From NCBI GenBank assembly GCA_026770705.1, contig JANJGN010000009.1:122636001-122700000 (forward strand): a stretch of 64,000 bases of DNA. The letters run 5' to 3'. Below the pieces are notes generated by a model, which was not told the origin of the DNA, ran no database searches, and saw nothing but the letters and a program-made list of their open reading frames with translations. A program made the translations under genes and the position numbers. This document shows, in pieces, positions 37,100 through 49,884 of this stretch; the first letter of the stretch is position 1; each line of letters starts with the position of its first letter. Origin of the DNA: Isurus oxyrinchus. Lineage: Eukaryota.

Positions 37100-39530
37100 T
37101 GAAACTTACAGCACAGAAAGAAGCCATCCAGCTCATTGTGCCTGTGCTCACTCTTTGACAGAGCAGTCTTGCCTCATCCCATATCACTCGGTTTTTGTTT
37201 ACAGCCCTTTAAGTTCCTCATCCTTAAGTACCTGTTCAAATCCCTTCTAACATTATTTATAGAATCAGCTTTTTGGGTAGAGTGTTCCAAATCCCATCAC
37301 TTCTGAGTGGAATATTTTTTCCTCATCTCTCCTCTCGAATCATTTTTCTAGATATTTTGCTAATGATTTTGAATCTATGGCACCTGCTTATCAACCCACT
37401 TGCCAGAATGAATAGTTTTTCTCTACCTACTTTATCAAAATCTTTCATCATCTTGAAAAACTGCGTCAGGTCACCTCTTAACCTTTTTTGTTTCAAAGAG
37501 AACAGTTTCTAACCTCTTTTCAACTTCCCTGGTAACATCTTCATAAACTTGCTGTGTATGCCTCCTAAGGTCTTTGCATTGTTCCTGAAGTGTGGTGCCC
37601 AGAATTGTCCACAATATTCAAGTGATTTAGAAAGTTCTAGAATTCTTATATTCCTCTATAAACCCAAGTAACTCATATGTTTTATGTAATTACTTTATCA
37701 ATTTGCCCTGCCATCTTTAAGAATTTGTGTGTATGAACACCGAAGTCTCTCTGCTCATCTGTACTTTGCACAATTATGTCATTTATTGTGCACTATTATT
37801 CCATATTAGACTTTGCAATGTGTATCACTTCACACTTCTCTGCCTTGGACTTCATCTGCCCATTTCACCATCCTGTCTATATCATCCTGAAGTCTACAAC
37901 TATTCTCATCATTACCTACTACTTTGCCAAGTTTTGTTTCATCTGCAAACCTTATAATGTTGCTCCCTACACATGAGCATAGATTCTTTATCAAACTTGA
38001 AACAGAGTAATGGACACAAAACTGATCCTTGGGACCACCACCGTGAGTCACCGCCCAGTCTGAAAAAAATCTGTCCGCTACAACCCTCTGCTTCCTGTCA
38101 CTAAGCCAGGTCTGCATTCATACCCTCACTTTCCCCTTTGTTCCATGGGCTTCCCTGAATCTATTGTCTTGGCCAAAAGACAGAAATATATATATATAAC
38201 TACGCCAACCTGGCTACTTTATAAAAGTATTATCTTTATTTTAAAAATGGACAAGGCTTTCCCCCGTCAAGCCATGACTCATACCAGAGGAATTTCTAAC
38301 CTTCAGAAACTAACACGGACCTCATTATCTTTAAAGAGGTGCTAATTCCCCCTGTGACAGTTGACATCAAATTCCAAAGGAATGCACCAACCCCATTTAC
38401 ATTTCTAAGGCCCAGCTCCGGCCAACGGAGATAGTATATTTGCAAAGGACAAATGGGACTCTGACTCCTCTATTAAACAGCTCAAGATTCCAGACCTGGG
38501 AAAATACATCCTTTGTCCAACACTGAGGAGAAGAAGTGGGGGGTATGTCACACGACCACACCCCTCCTCCCCGCCAAGCTGCTAAAATAGTGTGGAACTG
38601 AACCCAGGCAGTCTACCATGTTATCATAGAAAGAAACCTGTCCAGGTAAAGTGCCTGGCCCTCATCTACACTGTGAACTACTGAAACATTGGAACTTCTG
38701 TACCTATATCTTCAGGACTAATTCACATCTATGCGCCTTCTCCCATCATGGAAGTCCTCATTTCTAGAAAGTCAGATCACCCTGCAATACTTTCAGCCTG
38801 CTAACCTCTGAAGGACTTTTTAATCTGGACTCACATGAAACCATAACTCTAATTTTTATGGTGGTCTTGCCCTGAACCCCTTTTTTCCCTTATTTATCCT
38901 TTATTGTTTGAGTGCGACAGGGGCAGACGTTGCAAAATTCCTTCCCGTGTTTTGTGTGTGTGTAAAAATAAACCAACCCTCTTGTTTTAACCTTATCTCA
39001 AGTTTGCTATGGGGTTATTAATAGAGGATTGGATCACTCCAAACTGAAAGGTTGGGGAAAACACACCATCACTTGTAAAGGGGAAATCAGAAATCAAAAA
39101 CACCTTTCTGTTTACGGACAGGTAGTGAGAGGAGAAATCAGGGCTGTTTAAATTAATCCCCCTCCTGTCCATAACACTACTGATGGTTTCCAATTACTTC
39201 CCCACCACCAATGTTGGACTGACTGATCTGTAGTCTCTGAGTATATCCTTCTGCCCTTTCTTTAATCGTGCTATAACATTAGCCAACCCTAGTCCTTCGG
39301 CACTACTCTTGAATCCAATAAGAATTGAAAGATTATGACCATTGCTTCTGCTATTTATATCTTTTTGCTTCTTTTAGCAATCTAGGGTGCATTTTATCTA
39401 GACCAATTTTCAATAATGCTAATAGTTTTTAGTGTATACTCTATCTAATACTATCCTGTCCATAACTCCTCTTTTAGTGTCACCTTTATATCATCTGCTT
39501 CCTGTGTGAAAATAGTTTCAAAATAATCAG
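37100..39530 (-). mobile_element. Old CR1 fragment interrupted by a solo LTR
   Basis: WLSDRKQRVV..RFADETKLGKVV..RLQDDIDRMVKWA; CR1 sequence resumes after 39180. Confidence 0.75.
38165..39176 (+). mobile_element. Solo LTR (1012 bp), same group as 25596-26603
   Basis: TG...CA ends, TSD CTAT/CTAC, AATAAA near 38967, and a 3' 200 bp homologous to 26410-26603. Confidence 0.8.
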
Positions 39531-39946
39531 TGGGTAATAGGCTGCCTTTTGCTTTGATGCTTTATCAAATTGAAAGAAGGATCATTAGCTGAAGACAGAC
39601 CAACTAAATGGGAGAAAAAAGTGGCTACGGAATGAGTAGGAACACCGAGTCAGTCTGCAGCAATACTGGAATTCACAGTATTCACATTTCACAGTGTAAT
39701 GCACAACTGGGGCCATTCTTGAGTAACAGATTAAAAAGGCCAAAATAGCTCCATATTTGTAAGAAAATCATAACCTGGGATTATAGTAACCCTGAATCTT
39801 AAATGTAAGTTCCCACTGACCTATATTTAGTCTCTTTGGACTGATTTGGAAAAATCTGAGATTGGACAAAATCTGTTTGCTTTTATTATAGGAAGGTTGT
39901 TCACTATTGCATTAGAAAAGTCATTGGTTACAGCACAGAACTCCAT

Positions 39947-40066
39947 GGGGCAGATTTTACCCTGGCGGGATTTTATGGTCCCACCGACGTCAATGTACTT
40001 TTGAATGGCTTGTCACATTTTACAGCCTCAATCCCCCGCCTTGACGGGGCAGTAAACTTTCGCCCC
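39947..40066. mobile_element. Short Harbinger-type MITE
   Basis: TIRs GGGGCAGATTTTAC / GTAAACTTTCGCCCC with a duplicated 3-bp flank (cat/atg). Confidence 0.65.
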
Positions 40067-41782
40067 ATGTTTGCTTCACAACTTATAAATTAGCTCTTTT
40101 ATTATCAGTTACTCAGCCTTCTTCAATCATCAGCTAAACAAGGTTTATATAGTAACTCACCAACCATTCTACCTTATTATAGACAATGAAATAATCCTAT
40201 TTAAAAAGGATCATAAGTTCATTAAATGTTTATCAGTGGAACACTGTCTATTAATATATTCACTACACTCTGCAAATTCACAGTTCCTCCAGCTGCATCA
40301 CTGCATTCTTGGCTATCTTCAGCCTGTACCTCTACCTATAAGTAGTTGGGCTCTATCCCTGGTTCAGCAAATTAAAGGAGGCAATAAACCAGATAAATAA
40401 TGGAGGAAGAATGGTTGAATAGATGTGAATCAGGGATTCTTAGTATGAGAGGTTTATTGGAATATCTGAACCCACATGAACTCCTAAACATAAAATGGGG
40501 AGCCTTGCGCAAAAAGGTTCCGGGTCAGAGAAAGGGCTGCTCGATGGTAGTGCTGATTCTCTGACCTGTGTTTCCTTCAAGCAAGCCTGGGATCACTGAA
40601 ATTCTCCTACAGTATATGTACCTATTGTATATATTGCATAACACATGGGTATTATCCTCCAGAACGCCAAGTAAAGAAGGATGGAACTGGAGTCAATCTT
40701 TATACTTTTATAAGCATTTATTAACAGTTACTTATTACAAACGTGCACCTCCTCACCCAATAAACTATAGTTTCAGTCATTTCCTATATATAGGAGCACA
40801 ATATGAATCTGCAGTTAATGCCGACTGCATGCATATATTTAACTACAATTAATAGACAATTAACAACAGCTAGCTTTCAGAAGGAATTTTATATATATAC
40901 TTAATATTACAATGTATATAGAAAGGAGTTTTGTATCTATATAGCACCATACCACATCTCATCCCATAGTACTTCAGATAGAATTAACTATTTTGTAGGA
41001 AACATATTCACATCTATATTTCATACAATATACAGGTACAAATCCATTTTCATTTTTGAAAACCTACAATACTTGCACATTCCTACATACTTATCCGACA
41101 CAATAACTGAGGGTCACTTTTCTTTATTATTTGTTCCTCTGACAAGTCTCACCTGCTGGCAGCTCCTGCCAGAACACTCCAGGTGTGTTGCCCATCATGG
41201 ACTGGCCAATTCTGGGTACATGCCCAAAATTTCCTGATATGAGCTCCTGGCAGGTGCGGCACTGTGACAGGTGAGTGCATTTGTAAAACCAGCCCAATAC
41301 CGTACTTGTAACACCTGTTCAGAAACTCCAACACACAGGCTTATAAATCCAAAGATAACTGTTGGTGATATTAATGAACAAATACTTCATGCAGGTCTTA
41401 GTCTGATTATTGTAACTAGATTAATACCTGCATTGAAACAGCAAGCAAATAAATCCCAGTGGGATGTATAGAAAACGCGTTCACTAATATCACTTAAAAA
41501 TGGTGCATACCAGTGCTTTTAACTTGGGTTCCAGTTTAAATTCAATGAATCACATTCTTTCTGGCCAAGATATTTCTTATCGTGCTTGTCAAAATTAAAC
41601 CATGTCTGGCACTTCTATACCTATGGTAAGGACTCTTTCTATTTAATACATTAGCATGATAGATAGCTCTGGTCATTATGTTTTACTCCAAGGTGAAACA
41701 TGTTTAACAATAGTTTGTCAAATTCCTAACGTTTCCTTCTTTCCTGAAATGGCATCACTGTATAGAGAGGTTCAACACTCAC

Positions 41783-41916
41783 CCTGTAATTGTTTCAAAA
41801 GGCCCCAGGTCAGGGAGTTCTACATTCTCTGTGTCAGCCTCTCCATCTGTTCCGCCTTCTACATTTTTTTCATTATCAACTTGCTTGTCCTTTTCTTTGG
41901 TCTGCTTCTCGGCCAT
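41783..41916 (-). CDS. APOBEC2: APOBEC2 coding exon 1 (MAEKQTKEKDKQVDNEKNVEGGTDGEADTENVELPDLGPFETIT-G)
   Basis: Hand translation. ATG at 41916 sits in a good Kozak context (cacaATGG). The acidic N-terminus ends in PFETITG (human PFEIVTG) followed by the donor GG|GTGAGT. The exon is 134 nt (phase 2), which joins exon 2 in frame. Confidence 0.95.
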
Positions 41917-42150
41917 TGTGGACAGACACCCAACAGATCAGTACAACGTGATCAGGCTGAAGGCAGCTCTGTACTGAGCAAGTGAGAGGTCCCTGTCATA
42001 TTAATGCCTCACACACTAAATAAGGGAGTGAAGAAGGAGGAGAGGTCTTCCAGCCCAAAATAAACTGCAATCAAGCCATCGTCGCCAGTTCTGTCAGTCA
42101 CAGGCAGCTTTCCCTGATCCACACATTTTTCCAACTGGATTCAATGTTTT
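41917..42150 (-). promoter_or_regulatory. Putative APOBEC2 5'UTR and proximal promoter
   Basis: Non-repetitive sequence upstream of the ATG. It has a TATA-like ATTAATAT near 42000, a CArG-like CCTTATTTAG (1 mismatch) near 42016-42025, and an E-box CAACTG near 42132. Motif matches only. Confidence 0.4.
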
Positions 42151-42417
42151 CTTTCCAACACATTTCTTCCTACCCATCATCTTTTGCTTTTTTTTTAGCC
42201 TTTGAATATTCTGCCAAAAAATAAAACAAAATGTGGCTGCTGTTCAAGTTAGCTTCATAATAAATTTCTGCTTCTTAAAAGAATGATTTTCCTTACAATA
42301 ATTCATTCCTTTAATTTGATTCTGTGTGAGGTACAAGTCCATGAGTTGCAGTTGGCACCTTGCCCAGGTGACTGTTCTTCATATGCAAGCTTTGGCGATA
42401 AGGGTGCATAAGCTATT

Positions 42418-43011
42418 ATGCTGCTGAGGCTTTATAAGGCTCTGGTCAGACCACATTTAGAAATTTGTGAGCAATTTTGGGCCCTGTATCTCAGGAAGGA
42501 TGTGCTGGCCCTGGAGAGGGTCCAGAGGAGGTTCACGAGAATGATCCCAGGAATGAAAGTCTTAATATATGAGGAACGTTTGAGGACTCTGGGTCTATAC
42601 TCGATGGAGTTTAGAAGGATGAGGGGGGATCTGATTGAAACTTACAGAATACTGAAAGGCCTGGATTGAGTGGACGTGGGGAAGATGTTTCCATTAGTAG
42701 GAGAGACTAGGACCAAGGGCACAGCTTCACAGTAAAGGGAAGACCTTTTAGAACAGAGATGAGGAGAAACTTCTTTAGCCAGAGAGTGGTGAATCCATGG
42801 AATTCATTGCCACAGAAGGCTGTGGAGGCCAGATCATTGAATGTATTTAAGACCAAGATAGATAGGTTCTTGATTGGTAAGGCGATCAAAGGTTACAGGG
42901 AGAAGGCGGGAGAATGGGGTTGAGAAACTTATCAGCCATGATTGAATGGCGGAGCAGACTCGATGGGCCGAATGGCCTAATTTCTGCTCCTATGTCTTAT
43001 GGTCTTATGGT
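42418..43011 (+). mobile_element. Young 5'-truncated CR1 about 500 bp upstream of the APOBEC2 ATG
   Basis: Near-identical reverse complement of 30507-31100; TSD CTATT (42413-42417 and 43012-43016). Confidence 0.93.
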
Positions 43012-43364
43012 CTATTCAATCACAGAAGGCATCACTGTCCCCTGCCAGATCCTGCCCTTACTCAATTTCCATGTGCTCTCTGGAAAGAGTTTCTGGATAG
43101 TACTCAGGAGCAGGAACCCTGGTTGGCATTTTCCTCTCTTTAGTATAGATGCTGAGGCCAATTTGAAGCACCCTAACCCATTCCAATTGACAAGCTTTCT
43201 CTTGTTTTGTTTATCAACACTGAGCCTAAGGCGTCCTAATGTCACTCGCATGTGTCATGTCCCACCACTTTCCCCCTCCCCATTCTTTCACTATAATGTC
43301 ACCTTAAAGCATTTTATTGACACAGGCTGAGCTTTTTCAAGTTTCAAAAGTTCTGGTGAGAGTC

Positions 43365-43730
43365 AGAACAAAGCCTTAAAATTAGAGCTAGACCGTTCAG
43401 GAGTGGTTTCAGCAAGGACCTTCTTCACACAAAAGATGGTGGAAATCTGAAACACAATGCCCAAAAAACTGGGGCTCAAATGAAAAGCTCAAAGCTCAGG
43501 TTGGTTAATTTTTATTTGGTAAGAGTATTAATGGACATGGAACTAAGGCGGGTAGATGGAGTTAAGTTACAGATCAGCTATGGTCTAATTGAATAGCAAA
43601 ACAGACTTGAGGTCTATTCCCACCCAAGTCGGGACTGGAAATTCCCACCTGAAGTCAACTGGACCTTCAAATTTTCTGTCCCAGCCACGATTCCTATCAT
43701 AGGTAGGACCAGAAAATCCTAGCCTATATT
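43365..43730 (+). mobile_element. Old CR1 3' end followed by a MITE remnant
   Basis: Similar to the CR1 3'UTR; ends in the TIR-like gaaaatcctagcc. Confidence 0.55.
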
Positions 43731-43937
43731 CCCGGAATGACACCACCCAACTGATGTTTCATTCTAAGAAGCAGAAGTTTGAAATCCATCAGTCAGCCTC
43801 ATTGTTTCTTTTCCGAACAAGCCCTTTCTGTTGGCCCAATGACTCAGATGTTTGTCCCTGAACAATATGTCCCAGGAATTTCCAATTCCTTCCCTATTGG
43901 CTGGGCTGTGTTAGCTTATCCTAATGAAGGTGGTGGT

Positions 43938-44860
43938 ATAGAACCATAGAAAAGTTACAGCACAGAAGGAGGCTATTTGGCCCATCTTGTCCATGCCAGC
44001 CTGAGGAAACCTAGGTGCCTTTTCTAATCCCACCTTCCTGCAGCTTACAGCACTTAAGGTACAGATCCAGGTACTTTTTAAAAGAGTTTAGAGTTTCTGC
44101 CTCTACCACCAACTTGGGCAGTAAATTCCAGATGCCCACTACCCTCTGCGTAAAAAAGTTCTTCCTCATGTCCCCTCTACACCTTCTGCCACTTATCTTG
44201 AATCTATGTCCCCTGGTTCTAGAATTCTCCACCAAGGGAAACAATTTTATCCTGTCCACTCGATATATTCCCCTCATAATTTCGTACACCTCAATCAAGT
44301 CACTTCTCAGCCTTCTTTGTTCTAAGGAAAATAAGCCCAACCAATCCAATCTTCCCTCATAACTACACTTTTCTAACCCTGGCAACATTCTTGTGAAACT
44401 CCTCTGCACTCTCTCCAGAGCTATTACGTCCTTTCTGTAATGTGGTGACCAGAACTGTACACAATACTCCAGTTGTGGCCTCACCAGTGTTTTATACAAT
44501 TCCAACATTATATCCTTACTTTTATATTCTATACCTCTGCCAATGAAGGAGAGCATTCCATATGCCTTCTTTACAACCTTGTCCACTTGAACTGCTGTCT
44601 TCTGGGACCTGTGTATTTGTACACCAAGACCTCTCACTTCATCCACCCCTCTTAGTATATTCCCATTTATTGTGTAATCCCTGTAATTGTTTGACCTCCC
44701 TAATGTATGACCTCACATTTCTCTATGTTAAAATCCATCTGCCACTTTACCACCCACTCCACCAACCCATCTATATCATTTTGGAGATTATGGCTATCCT
44801 CTACACTATCCACTACTCGGCCAATCTTTGTGTCATCTGCAAATTTCCCAATCGTGCCCC
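43938..44860 (-). mobile_element. CR1 3' fragment
   Basis: 211-aa ORF LYKTLVRPQLEYCVQFWSPHY..FFTQRVVGIWNLLP. Confidence 0.92.
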
Positions 44861-45401
44861 CATTTTTTATAAAGATGATTCAGTCAGAGTCAGCGCCCTG
44901 AGGCAGAATTCTCTGGGTGACGTGCGGGGGCCGTGGGCCCCACACGTCCACATGTATAATGACACATGGTGATGTCGGGCAAGCGTCCTGACATCACCGC
45001 ACGCCATCGTGATATTTCGTTGGGTAGGCGCACAATGAAGTTCGACGCGCGTCCGCCATTAATTAACGGGCTAGTTAAGGCACTTAATTCATCAATTGAC
45101 AGTGATTTTCCGGCACTCGTGTGATCTTCGGCTCAGTGCACAGTTGCAACGGGCAGGCAGGTAAGAGATTTTTTAATGAACCTCATCCACGGGCGGGATA
45201 AGAGGGCTCAGTGGAGCTGTGAATCTGGTCTGTGAAGTAATTATTTTGGAGAAAGTTTTTTAAGCTTGCCTGTGTGATCTGCAGCAGTTCAGGACAAATT
45301 CCAGCAGCTTTCTTTGTACTTTGAACCTTCAGCTAAGCACTATTCAGTCAGTAACCTTTATCAGGCCTGCAGCTTTCTGGAGGCCTCCCCTTAGCCTGGA
45401 T

Positions 45402-46476
45402 ATGGGTTCTGACATCTGCACTGGAGGCAGCTCCTCTGAGGAGGAATGGAGGGCTAGAATAAGGAGGAGGCCAGGAGTGGACATTCAGCCTCCAGGGGAG
45501 CCACCTTTGGGAGGACAGGTGCAGGCACAAGGGGCACAGGGCCAAGTGGTAGTCCAAGGTGGAAGGGGCTGCAGAAGATGCCACTATCCTGCTGCCAGGG
45601 TGTACAGGCGGTGAAGCAGATACCTCAATATGTCTGAGGTGCAGTGCCGAAGGAGGCTCCAGGTGTCAAGGGAGACAGTCAACTATATCTGTCAGATGAT
45701 TGGCCCTGAGATCTCTGCTAACTGTGTGGATGGACACCCCATGCCAGTGGTTCTGAAGGTCATGATTGTCCTCAACTTCTATGCCTCTGGCTCCTTTCAG
45801 GTCTTGGTGGGTGATCTTTGTGGTGTCTCCCAATCAGCTGTCCACGCTTGTGTCAAGCAGGTCACAGATGCTCTGTTCAGGCGTGCATTGACCCTCATCC
45901 ACTTCTGCTGGGACCAGGCCAGCCAGGCACAGGGAGCCAGAGGCTTCACGGCCATTGCTGGCTTCCCCCGTGTCCAGGGTGCTATAGGCTGCACACATGT
46001 GGCCATCAAGGCGCCAGCAGGTGAGCCCGGTGCCTTCGTCAACAGGAAGGACTTCCACTCCATGAACGTGCAGATAGTGTGTGACCACAGGATGCTGAAT
46101 CTACAAGTCTGTGCAAGGTACCCAGGCAGCTCCCACGACACCTACATCCTCAGACACTTCCAGGTGCCGGGGCTCTTCAGTGCTCTAGCCTGACTGGATG
46201 GATGGCTGCTGGGTGACGCACTCAAGTACCCCCCAGATCATGTGTCAATGATAGTGGTTGCATGCTGCGCTCTCCACAATCTTGCGCTGGAAAAGGGGGG
46301 ACGCTGTCAACAATGAAAACGTTGACACAGTGGCTGTGGCTGTGCACAATGAGTCCAGTAATGATTCTGAAGATGAGGAAGCACAGGGGAATAATGAGGG
46401 GCTAAACGCTAACCTGGGACTACACCAAGGAGGCAGGGACACCTGGGAGGCTTTAATCCAATGTACATTCAGCTAG
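45402..46476 (+). pseudogene. Harbinger DDE transposase (HARBI1-like), disrupted
   Basis: LNFYASGSFQ..GFPRVQGAIGCTHVAI..NRKDFHSMNVQIVCD..RYPGSSHD..GWLLGD. In-frame TGA at 45612 and 46191, first catalytic Asp changed to Gly, and a deletion after LLGD. Confidence 0.9.
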
Positions 46477-46789
46477 CACAACACAAATGGATCAGCAGGA
46501 CCAGCCTTGCCTGGCACTTCCATACTCGGCACCTAAGTGCAAAATCTGCCAGGTCATCAGGTGCAACTAAGGGCTTTGGAGATAAACATCAATGTCGAAA
46601 CAAATACTCATGACATTTATCTTAAATATACAAAGGAGCCACCATCAGCCATGGTAACACATCTGATTTTTATTTTAGCCAACAGAAGTTCTCACAAATC
46701 CAAAACAAAACGTTAATCAAGCAGAAAAAAATTATATGTCCCTAATTTCGAGCCAACACAAAAGCACCAGTGAGAAACCCATGGTGTGC

Positions 46790-49437
46790 CTAAGGTGCCT
46801 TATGTTTATGTTTCCAGGTGCTACGTCTTGGTGTTGCCCCATCACTCGGAGTGGCATCTGAGACAGCCTGCTGACTCTGTTGGCCTCGATGACCTTGGCG
46901 GTCGTCCTCTGACCTGTGGAGCCTGTACTGGCCCCACCTGGGAGGGATCTGCCAGTTCCACAGTTGGCATCTCCCCAGTCGTCGCAGCCTCACCCAATGA
47001 AGCAGTCACTGGGAGAGGGGTGGAGCAGCTGGTGTCCTCATCCAGTGTCCCCTGAGAGGAGCCCAGAGATATGACAGGCAGCTGCTGCACCGATGTGAGG
47101 TCGCCCAGGACCTCCCTGCTCATCATGAATGGATGGGCAACAAGCTGGGAAGCTTGAAGCCCACATCATCTCCCACATTGGCACTGACCAGCTGTGGCCA
47201 ATGGCGCTGTGAGGGCTTGCAGGTCCATGTGTAACCCCAGGAGAACCTGATTATTCTCCTGGAGGTGCCTTTCCACGAGAGTCACCACTCTCTCCATGGA
47301 GGAAGCATGACACTCTGCCATGAAGCTCATTGCAACAGTGATACTCCGTGTGGATTCCTCCACCATGGACACCAAGCAAAGCACAGCCTCAGGTATCTCC
47401 CCCAGATGCTCCCGCACACCTGGCCGCATTTCCTGCGCTGCTGCGTCGCGGATGATTCCAGAGGCATGGGAATACATGATGAATTGTAGGACTGTGGAAA
47501 GTAAGGAAGATCAGAGGGACCTTGCTGTGCATGTCAACAGATCCCTTAAGGTAGTGGGAAAGGTACATAAGGTGTTTAAGAAGGTAAATGCCATACTTAC
47601 CTTTATTAGCCGAGAAATAGAATATAGGAGCAGGGAGATAATGTTCCAAGTACAGAAAACGCTGCCTAGGCCACAGTTTTAATTCTGCACGCAGTTGTGA
47701 AATGCACTTCATGGGAGGGATGTGATTGGAGTGGAGAGAGTGCAGAGGTTGTTGACCAGGATGCTGGCTGGGTTGGAGAGTTTGACTTATGAGGAGACAT
47801 AGCATTGACTGGGGTTATTCCCCCTGGAGCAGAGAAGATTGAGGGCTGACATTATTGAGGGTTTTAAATACATGAGGGGCGTAGATGGGGTCAACAGAAA
47901 GGAACTTTTCCCCTTGGCAGAGGGCTGAGTAACCAGGTGGCATTGATTTAAGGTAAGGGGCATGAGGTTGACAGGTGATGTGATGAGCAACTTTTGCACA
48001 CACAGTGGGAATGTGAGACGCACTGCCTGAAAGCGTGGTGGACACAGAAACCCTCCTAACATGTAGTAAGTATTTGGATGTGCAGTTGCGATGCATGACA
48101 TACAAGGCCATGGGCATTGTGCTGGGAAATGGGATTAGGAAACTTAGGAAGGTGTTTGACACGCGCATCCTCAAAGGGTTGTAGGACTTTTTTCTATGAC
48201 CCATACCTCTGACTCTATCACTCTGTGACTGAGCAATGTTGCAACAATAACAAATCAAACAATCATCAGTGCTATGGATGGTGGGAAGACAGAGCGGATC
48301 TCACAACTGACCTCAAATTCCTGGCCGTTCCAACCCAGCCTCACTGACACCAGTCGACCTGGGTGCATGGCACCTCTCAAGCTCCAGGGCCTGCTGTTCA
48401 AAGCGGCTTAACATCAGGTGAGCCTGCCCACCTCCAGTCCTCGAACGCTCAGACACATTATGAGCATTCTTCTCCTGAGAAACAGAGAAGATCGTTCATT
48501 GTGGCAATTTGTACATGGACTCTGCACGCACACACTGCACACCAACCCCAGTGGCCCATATCAGGCCTCCAGTGCCTCCTCTCCCCGCTAATGCTGATCA
48601 GCCACACAAAGATAGTACACCTGCTCCCAGCATCCCCCAATGGCCACCTTGGACAAATTCTGCATCCATCACTTTAGGAAACACACATTCTTTGCTCCCA
48701 TAGCAAGGAGGCGCAACTACCTGCATCATCGAGGGCAGCAGATGGTTCTTGGCCAAGACACCTTGACGCTCCCCTTCCATAATCTCATCACCGTGAAAAG
48801 AACATGTGTTGGAGTTCTGAGTATGTGCCTTGCTGCATCTCCTGCAGGTTGCTCCCAGACCAGTCATGTGCGACTAAGAGCAATATATGGTGTGGGCAAG
48901 AACTCATCACCTCATGAACTACTCAGGCTGATGTAATCATGGGCAATATCTGCTTGCCCACCCAGCGTACGAGAAATGCCCAAGATGATTCAATGCAGTC
49001 ACGACAGTAAGACTTGTTGGAGGGGGAGGGGGCTAAGGTCACCTGCTGGGTTAAATGCCCAATACCAACGTGGTACTCAGCCTTCCAGAGCATAATAAGT
49101 TGTTGAAGCGCTTACGGCACTGGATCCAGGTTCACCGCACCATGTCACAGGAGCTCACCACCTCCGCCACCTCATCCCCGGCACACTTCATCATATGGGG
49201 GAGCCTCCTCCTCCCATCCTGGGGGACCAAGACCTTCCGCTCTACTGCCACCCCCTCGAGAAGGGAAGCAAGGCAGTCATCAGAAAAACGAGGGGTGCAT
49301 TGGCCCCCCCGTTGGCCTACCCTGCAGCCTGCCCTGCTCCTGTGGCAGACCCTGCAGCATGCCCTGCTCCTGTGGCCTTCCCTCCAGCGTGCCTTGCTCA
49401 GCCGACCCCCTGTGGTGTGACCTGGACGTGGCCATTG
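46790..49437 (-). pseudogene. Harbinger Myb/SANT-like accessory gene, disrupted
   Basis: 49290-49080 translates RFSDDCLASLLEGV..DEVAEVVSS..*TWIQCRKRFNNL. Downstream pieces at 47477-46840 are split by a CR1 fragment. Confidence 0.8.
47470..48160 (+). mobile_element. CR1 3' fragment inside the Harbinger element
   Basis: QRDLAVHVNRSLKV..KVNAILTFISREIEYRSRE. Confidence 0.85.
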
Positions 49438-49884
49438 TGAGCACCCTACAGGAGGCTGCCAGGCCTTCCTTTAAACAGACTGCCAGGTCACCATTGGACA
49501 CGGCGGTCTGAGCATGCCCACTGCAGCCTGCACACTCCCGCTATACACGGGAGGCAGCAAATACGTTGGGTGGGCCTTAAATGGCCTGCCCACACATAAT
49601 GGTGGCACGGACCTGATCACGGGTTCCAACTGGGTCTGCACCCACCTGTGCCCGCTCCTGCTCTGCCCACCCAACAGGCAGAAAATTTTGCCCCTGGTGT
49701 TAGAGAATGTTTCTTACACCTACTTGTTATGCAGTGACCTCTACTGAAAGAACAAATGTATAAATAGTAGATGAGGACAAGGTCAAGACTGACTAAAGAT
49801 GTCCTCCATAATAAATAGCTGACTGGTCTTTAATGTCAGGGCGTAAGCATTCAATACTGACCACTTGGGTAAGGACAACTGCTG

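Larger units (their letters stand above)
24810..41782 (-). other. APOBEC2: APOBEC2 intron 1 (16,973 nt, GT-AG, phase 2), mostly filled with transposable elements
   Basis: Canonical donor and acceptor; the reading frame is continuous across the junction (GG+A = Gly). Confidence 0.93.
44901..49693 (+). mobile_element. PIF/Harbinger DNA transposon with both termini, inactive
   Basis: TIRs AGGCAGAATTCTC / GAAAATTTTGCCC (10/13 match) and a 3-bp TSD CTG on both sides. Carries convergent transposase (+) and Myb/SANT-like (-) genes. Confidence 0.9.

Noticed and set aside
45630-46193. Domesticated HARBI1 host gene
   Set aside because: It lies within TIRs and a TSD, and has in-frame stops, a mutated catalytic Asp and a deletion.
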